This document shows, in pieces, positions 50,221 to 56,834 of a stretch of 56,834 nucleotides of DNA (position 1 is its first letter; each line of letters starts with the position of its first letter). This stretch comes from an uncultured cyanobacterium (GTDB taxonomy: Bacteria; Cyanobacteriota; Cyanobacteriia; Leptolyngbyales; Leptolyngbyaceae). The stretch spans positions 1 through 56,834 of the forward strand of contig CAVYAN010000081.1 of assembly GCA_963766075.1 (NCBI GenBank), read 5' to 3'. Made by a program: the position numbers and the translations under genes. The notes beneath the pieces are model-generated. The model did no database searches, had not been told where the DNA came from, and saw only the letters and a program-made list of their open reading frames with translations.

Positions 50221-52179
50221 ATGTCTACAGTTTTGCGTCAACTAGCTTGGGTAGCCGCCCTGTCTGGCACCACTGGACTGCTGGCTGAGGCCGCTACCGC
50301 TATGCCTGCCACGAGCGAACCCCCAGCGGCCACGCCCGATGCCGCTGCGGCGAACGCACCCACGGCCCCGGCGATCGCGGCCAAGACAGCCGCTCTGTCC
50401 GTTTCCACACCCGAGACGATCGCGCCAATTTCCCCGGCATCCAGGCCCAACCCGGCGATCGCCACCCAACTGCAACAAATCGCGCAGTATGGCAACGCCT
50501 CCCAAAGGCAGGGCAGCGCCAATGTGGCAGCCCTCGATCAGGTCACCTCGGTCTCTCAGCTTTCAGATGTTAAGCCCACAGACTGGGCATTTCAAGCGTT
50601 GCAATCTCTGGTTGAGCGCTATGGCTGCATTGTGGGCTATCCTGATAAAACCTTTCGCGGTAACCGGGCGCTGACGCCGCTACGAATTTGCGGCCGGTTT
50701 GAATGCCTGCATGGATCGGATCAACGAACTGATTGCCGCAGGCACCGCTGATTTGGTGAAAAAAGAAGACCTGCTGGCCGTGCAAAAGCTACAGGAAGAA
50801 TTTGCGGCAGAATTGGCTACCCTGCGGGGGCGCGTGGATGCGCTCGAAGCTCGTACTGCCACCTTGGAAAACAGCAGTTCTCCACCACTACCAAGTTGGG
50901 AGGGGAGGTCATTTTTTCGGTGGCCGGAGCACTGGGTGACCAAACCGCCCTCAACTCTGACCAACAGCGCCGCATCGACAATGCCGTGGATCCAGCCGCC
51001 CAAGAAGCGATCGAGCGGGCCGGTAATCCCGCAGTCGCGGGCAGCGATCGCGGTCGGTTAAAAGACAATACAACGTTTAGCGATCGCGTCCGGCTCTCGC
51101 TGAATACCAGTTTTACAGGCAAAGATTTACTGCTGACCCGATTGCAAGCCCGCAACACCGCCACTTTTAACGGGAACATCACCGGCACCAACATGACCCG
51201 TCTCTCCTACGATGGGGACGAAGGCAACTCGGTCACCGTGGACAAACTGTACTACCGCTTTCCCCTGGGTAAGGCGACGATTCAGGTAGATGCTTCCGGT
51301 GGGGAGTTTTTTGCCAACGTGCCCACCTTTAACCCCTTTCTATCCAGCGACGGCAAGGGCACCATCTCCCGCTTTGGGCGGTTCAACCCCATCTATCGCC
51401 AGGGCGCAGGGGGCGCGGGTCTGACCGTCAATTACAAATTCAGTGACACGCTGACGGCTTCGGCGGGCTACCTGGCTGTGGGCTCCGGGTTGTCACAATT
51501 AGGGGCTAGCGATCCGTCTGCAAAAAATGGCTTGTTTGACGGTTCCTACGCGGCTTTAGCACAGATTGCCTTTAAACCCAGTCCTTCGATTGACCTCGGG
51601 TTTACCTACGTGCATTCCTACAACCGGACACCGCTCACCCGTGCCGACGGGAGCCAATTCAACAACAATCCCTTGGGGGGCGCAACGGGCAGCGCTTTTG
51701 CTAACGCACCCTTTTTCAATCGCGCGGCGACCGTGGGGGATCACTTGGGAGTGCAAGTGGCCGCTCGATTGAGCCCCGGTGTAGCGCTATCGGCTTGGGG
51801 TGGATATACCTTAGCGACCGCCAAGAACGGCCTCCCCTTCAATGAGAATACGATTGTGAACAATAACGATAAGGCCGAAGTCTGGAACTGGGCCGTGTCC
51901 TTAGCCTTCCCGGATCTGGGCAAGAAGGGCAACATGGCAGCGCTGGTCTTTGGCATGCCTCCTCAAGCCACCGGGAATGACTATGGCCCGGTGGCCGCAA
52001 CGGGGGGAGCCAGACGCATTGATCGGGATCCGTCCTACCATCTAGAAGGTTTGTATCGGTTCCAGATTAATGACAACATTTCTGTGACGCCCGGTTTGCT
52101 GGTGATCTTTAATCCCGAAGGCAACAGCAGCAATGATCCAATCTACGTCGGCACCATCCGAACAACGTTTACGTTCTAA
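50221..52179 (+). CDS. Second SLH-domain porin (SomA/OprB-like); frameshifts near 50677 and 50870
   Basis: QVTSVSQLSDVKPTDWAFQAL, RVRLSLNTSFTGKD, RFGRFNPIY, terminal IRTTFTF*. Confidence 0.88.
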
Positions 52180-52216
52180 TTGTGCTTGAATCGCTTTCTG
52201 CTCAGTTAGAGAAGCA

Positions 52217-52260
52217 GCATTCAATGGGATTTATCCAATCCGATCAATCCCATTGAATGC
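52217..52260. terminator. Hairpin between the convergent porin and kinase genes
   Basis: 15-bp perfect stem GCATTCAATGGGATT / AATCCCATTGAATGC. Confidence 0.6.
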
Positions 52261-52385
52261 TCAATTAAGTTCGCGATCGCCATCACCAAGGTCGGCCAGG
52301 TGGTGGTGGACGTCAATCCTGCAACTAAGCCTGGAGTTCTCACCCGTCTCGTGCTCCAGGACCCGAAAGATGTGACTAACCGGTT

Positions 52386-55158
52386 TCACCGAATTTGCAG
52401 GGGTAAGGTGAAGAAAAAGGTGCTGCCTTGTCCCCAAATGCTCTCGGCCCAAATCTGACCATTGTGCTGTTGCACGATCGACTGACAAATGGCTAGTCCC
52501 AGCCCCGTGCCACTTTTATCGCGGGAGTCCGACGCATCCACCTGATGAAAGCGGCCAAAGATGCTTTCGAGTTGATCAGCAGGGATGCCGCGCCCAAGAT
52601 CGTGGACTGAGAAGAGGATGTAGGGAGTATCCCGATCTACGCCCTTGGGTACCTGTTGCTGATCATCAGAATTTCTCATTTCTGCGGCCAGGGTGACCGT
52701 GCCACCCGGTGGAGAGAACTTGATCGCATTACTGAGGAGATTGGTCAACGTTTGGATGATGCGATCGGGGTCAGCCCAGATTTGCTCAGATAGGGGCTGA
52801 ACAACAAGCTCAACGCCTGTGGCCCGCGCACTGTTTTGCATGACTGCCAGCGATCGCATCATCAAATCCGCTGCATCACACCATTCCCGGACAAAGGAGA
52901 CTTTGCCACTTTCTAACTTCTCCAGATCGAGTACATCATTGACCAGTCGCACCAGGCGTTCGGTATCGATGGCGGCAATGTCAATCATGCGTTTCATCTC
53001 GTCGGGTTCGTCATCGATCACGCCCGTGGCTAGAAGCCCCAAGGATCCGCGAATGGATGTTAAGGGCGTGCGTAGTTCATGACTAACAATCGAAATAAAC
53101 TCATTCTTCATTTTCTCGATCTTTTTCCGCTCGGTAATATCCTCGCCAATGCTGATGGTGCCAATGCTGGTCCCCTGGGAATCTTGCAGCATGGTGTTAT
53201 TCCAAGCGATGAATAGCTCCTTACCGGTTTTGGTCAGGATGACATTTTGATAGTAAGGATGCGCATTTTGATTGAGCGCTTCCGAAAAAATAGTTTGCAT
53301 GGTCGGCTGACTGGCGGGTGGCAAAAATTTTTTAAGCCAATTCTGGCCAATCACCTCGGTTTCTGTATATCCCGTCAAGGCCAAGAAAAAGGGATTTACA
53401 TAGTTAACAGTTCCTGCTTGATCCACACCCACCACAATAAGCTGAACGTTATCTAGCAGCGATCGCCAACGCCGTTCAGCTTCACGAATCACAGCGGTCG
53501 CTTGCTGCCGATCCTGTAGCTCCACTTGCAGTTGGGTATAAAATTCAGCCTGCTGGATAGCGATCGAGAGTTGGCTGGCAATTTGTTGCAGCAGCTCGAT
53601 TTCCCAGGCTAGCCAATGGCGCGGGGTAGCATTTTGATAGATAGCCAGCAGCCCCCATAATGTTGCGCCCAAGAAAATTGGCACAACTGCATAGGCTTTC
53701 GCCTGAAACTGTTCCAGCAAATCAATGTGACAGTCGTGCAGTCCAGCGGCATAGATATCGGCAATCACAAAGGTTTCATAATTTTGGAAGCGTCCCCCCT
53801 GCGTGTCTTGCAGGTACGTATCCTCACAGACAGTTTGCACCTCTGTCTCCACCAGCTTGACCCAACCCGAAGTCACCGACTCGGCAATAAAATCACCGCT
53901 CCAATCGGGCCGAAAGCGATACACCGCCACGCGATCAGCCTGTAAGGTTTGTCTCACCTCGGCGACAGCCGTCGTGAGAATGGTGTTTAGATCCAGGAAT
54001 TGCCGAATGGCCTGGGTCACATGCCAGAGCAACTGCTCCTGCCGTGTCTGCTGTTGCAACGTGGCTTCAGTCTGGGCTTGTTCCGCTATTGCCACAAGCA
54101 GGCGATCATTGATGGCCGTTAACTCTGCTGTTCGGTCCGCCACCCGCTGCTCTAACGCAATATTTAGCTCCTGTAAGGCAATCTCGGCCTGTTTACGCTC
54201 ATTGAGTTCGGCATGAACCTGTGCTAGCAAAGCCGATTGCTTCAGGGCAATACTGACCTGAGTGGCAATTTGCCGTAGTAGATCGATCTCGGCCTCTGGC
54301 CATGGGCGGGGCGCGGCACAGTGATGGGCAATGAGCAAGCCCCAGAGCGCATCCCCCTGCATGATCGGCATGACTAAATTGGCTCTGACTTGAAACTGAG
54401 TCAAAAGTTCCAAATGACACGCACCAATGTCTGCCGTTTGCACATCTGCTTTGGCTGTGAATGCCCCCTGTTTGAAAGATTCAATATAATTTTCATGGAA
54501 GCAAGGATCATAAATTTCGGCGGATAAAATAGCCGTCCAATCGGCTCCACAGGACTCTACGGCAACAATGCCATGCCCGTTAGGCAGAAATTGAAAAATA
54601 ATTACGCGATCGACGTGTAGAAACTGGCGCACTTGATCAACCGTGGTTTGCAAGATATTTGACAGGTCGAGGGACTGGCGAATCCGCTGGGTTACCTCCA
54701 TGACCAATTGTTGCTGTTCAACCTGCTGTTGGAGCAACAGTTGCGTTTGCTTGCGCTCATCGATCGCCATCACTGTACCGATCATGCGCAGCGGCTGACC
54801 CTGGTCATCACAAACAACACGGCCTCGCCCTTCTAACCAATGAAGACTGCCATCGGCCCAGATAATACGGAATTCATGCCGATAACTGGTGCGCCCCTGA
54901 ATCGCCTGTTGAATCGCCTGGTTCAGGGCCGCCCGATCTTCGGAGTGAAGATGGCGATCGTAAGGTGGCGTAAGTCCCATCAAAACTGTTGGCAGGTAAG
55001 CCAAATAGCTGCTCATGCTCCCGATTCCAGCGAATTAAGCCGGTCACTAAATGCCAATCCCAGATCCCGACTTGAGCCGATGCCAATGCCAGTTGCACCA
55101 TGGCCTGATCTTGCGCATAGTCATCAATGTTCAAAATAGGCTGTGATTCCGCAGTCAT
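52386..55158 (-). CDS. PAS-GAF-GAF-PAS histidine kinase with two cyanobacteriochrome GAF domains; frameshift near 54962
   Basis: N-terminal PAS split between ORFs 54874-55158 and 52386-55016; GAF1 DPCF...CH, GAF2 EDTYLQDTQGGR...CH; SHELRTP H-box; GTGLGL. Confidence 0.9.
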
Positions 55159-55198
55159 AGTGTCTTGCGTCCTTCGTTGGCGACTTCCTGTGGCATAT

Positions 55199-56587
55199 TT
55201 ATTGCCGGGGTAGGTTTGGCGCTGATATTAACGAGGGTCGGATTTCGGGCTTTAGCAGGGGCGATCGCCGCTCCATTTCAAAAAACACGCAAATCAGGGC
55301 CATCGATCCGATGCCCACCAGCATCAGAAACATCATCATACTAAACACAAGTTCAACTGGGCCTTTGATGGCAGATTTAAATAATTGCCGCCGGAGTGAA
55401 CTTAGCGGCAACTCCGCTGGCTTAGACAAGCCTAACGTTAGCGGGTCCCGAGGGGATCGTGTAGCGGCAGCGAGACGTGGACCCAAAAATAAAGCCACCT
55501 TGTAAGCAATATCAGAGGGCTCTCGTTCAGGCGTTAGACAATACCAGTTTTGTGTTTCGGGTATGTAGACTGTGGCAGTAGCGATGGCATCAGTAGCCCG
55601 TGCAGCCTGAACTGCCGTAATTGTAGTGAGTGCATGTTGTGTTTGCGCGTCGAGGGGCTCTGTTTTGCCTATCGAATCTAGATCTTGTGCGATTGTTTTT
55701 TGGGGCAGCGGCCAAGGGCTATCCAGCAAGAACCCTGCATCCATATCTGCCAAAACCTCTGCTGCGGATTGATAGCGTCGCCGGGTGGCAGGTTGGAGCA
55801 ATTTATAGAGAATATGCGTTAAGAATGGGCTGATTGGATGAGTTAGGTACACCTGCCATTGCCAGGTATCTTCACACGTATCGTATAAGTCAAACGGCGA
55901 CATGTGCGTCAAAAAGTACAAACAGGTGATGCCTAGGCTGTAGAGGTCGCTGGCAAATACAGCATGGCCTCGGACTTGTTCTGGCGCTGCATATTCAGCG
56001 CTGCCAATCATTGTTCCCGTATAGAGGCTTCTTGCCTTGCCAAGATGTTTTGCGGCACCGAAATCAACTAAGACCAGATTTCCTCTCTTTCTCTCCTGAT
56101 CAAGGGAGGCTGAGGTTGGCAGAGGGGATCGGCGATGAATAATGTTAGCGGGTTTGACATCGCGATGAATAATATGACGGTCATGAAGGTATTGCAAAAT
56201 CGGCAATACCTCCCAGAGTACTTGCCAAACTTCTATTTCATCGAAGGGGCCTGTCTCTGCCACGGCTTGTTCCAGAGTCCACCCATCGATCCATTCTTGG
56301 ACGATGAATGCTTGTCCATCCTGCTCGAAGGTATGCAGCAGATTGGGAATTTGTCGATGCTTCTCCAGTTCGGCTAATCGCTGAACTTCCCTGTGAAACA
56401 GGTCCGTGGCTGTGGGATGATGAACGGGACTACCTTGCAAAGAAAGCTGTTTAATGACGCAGAAGGACGCTGCTCCCTGCTGTTCATCTACGGCCAAAAA
56501 GGTTGTACCAAACCCCCCTCGTCCCAGTAATTTAAGAATGCGGTAGCGATCATGAAGCATCTGCACCATGCGTTTACTCAACTCCAC
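55199..56587 (-). CDS. Hanks-type Ser/Thr protein kinase with C-terminal TM helix
   Basis: LGRGGFG, VIK, HRDVKPAN, DFG, YAAPE, DLYSLG. Confidence 0.93.
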   Translation of the reverse strand: MELSKRMVQMLHDRYRILKLLGRGGFGTTFLAVDEQQGAASFCVIKQLSLQGSPVHHPTATDLFHREVQRLAELEKHRQIPNLLHTFEQDGQAFIVQEWIDGWTLEQAVAETGPFDEIEVWQVLWEVLPILQYLHDRHIIHRDVKPANIIHRRSPLPTSASLDQERKRGNLVLVDFGAAKHLGKARSLYTGTMIGSAEYAAPEQVRGHAVFASDLYSLGITCLYFLTHMSPFDLYDTCEDTWQWQVYLTHPISPFLTHILYKLLQPATRRRYQSAAEVLADMDAGFLLDSPWPLPQKTIAQDLDSIGKTEPLDAQTQHALTTITAVQAARATDAIATATVYIPETQNWYCLTPEREPSDIAYKVALFLGPRLAAATRSPRDPLTLGLSKPAELPLSSLRRQLFKSAIKGPVELVFSMMMFLMLVGIGSMALICVFFEMERRSPLLKPEIRPSLISAPNLPRQ

Positions 56588-56732
56588 TAAAAATCAAACC
56601 GCAGCTTCGTTGAGGTGGATGCTTGCCAACTCAATCAAAAGCCATTCCGGGCTCATTGCTGAAAACCACGGATTGATCATGGGAGATTTCGCAGCCGCTC
56701 ACAAGGTATAGATAAGCAATACGTAACGTGAG

Positions 56733-56828
<96 letters not shown>

Positions 56829-56834
56829 GGCAAA

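Noticed and set aside
2660..55270. Frequent GCGATCGC palindromes as a novel repeat
   Set aside because: This is the well-known cyanobacterial HIP1 octamer.

Overview
Cyanobacterial chromosomal window, judged by the abundant HIP1 octamer GCGATCGC, acsF, psb27 and SLH porins; probably a filamentous Leptolyngbya-like or related lineage, but this cannot be fixed from sequence alone. From left to right: (1) an AT-rich islet with two small hydrophobic Gly/Ala/Val-rich proteins, a frameshifted NBD-permease ABC exporter, a 205-bp MITE and a REP-like hairpin; (2) an arsenic cluster arsR-[operator]-pstS-gap-arsJ-acr3-DSP phosphatase-arsH with no arsC; (3) a DUF4333-like lipoprotein and two paralogous TonB-anchor-like proteins of unknown function; (4) a Pho-box-rich intergenic region followed by pstS-porin-pstCAB-sphR; (5) a NotI-like endonuclease remnant next to a degenerate ISAzo13; (6) housekeeping genes (bioF, acyP, acsF, Nudix, folK, psb27, moaA, lipA, gpx, nemA); (7) a second pstSCAB; (8) two small TA-like pairs; (9) a second SLH porin, a two-GAF cyanobacteriochrome histidine kinase and a Ser/Thr kinase. 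Several single-base frameshifts and a terminal poly-C run look like sequencing or assembly artefacts. The best leads are the arsC-less arsenate module with its own PstS and CX5R phosphatase, the five-repeat Pho-box promoter with no obvious gene, the paralogous TonB-anchor-like pair, and a Trp-to-Cys variant red/green CBCR domain. Family assignments come from motif recognition only; no searches were run.
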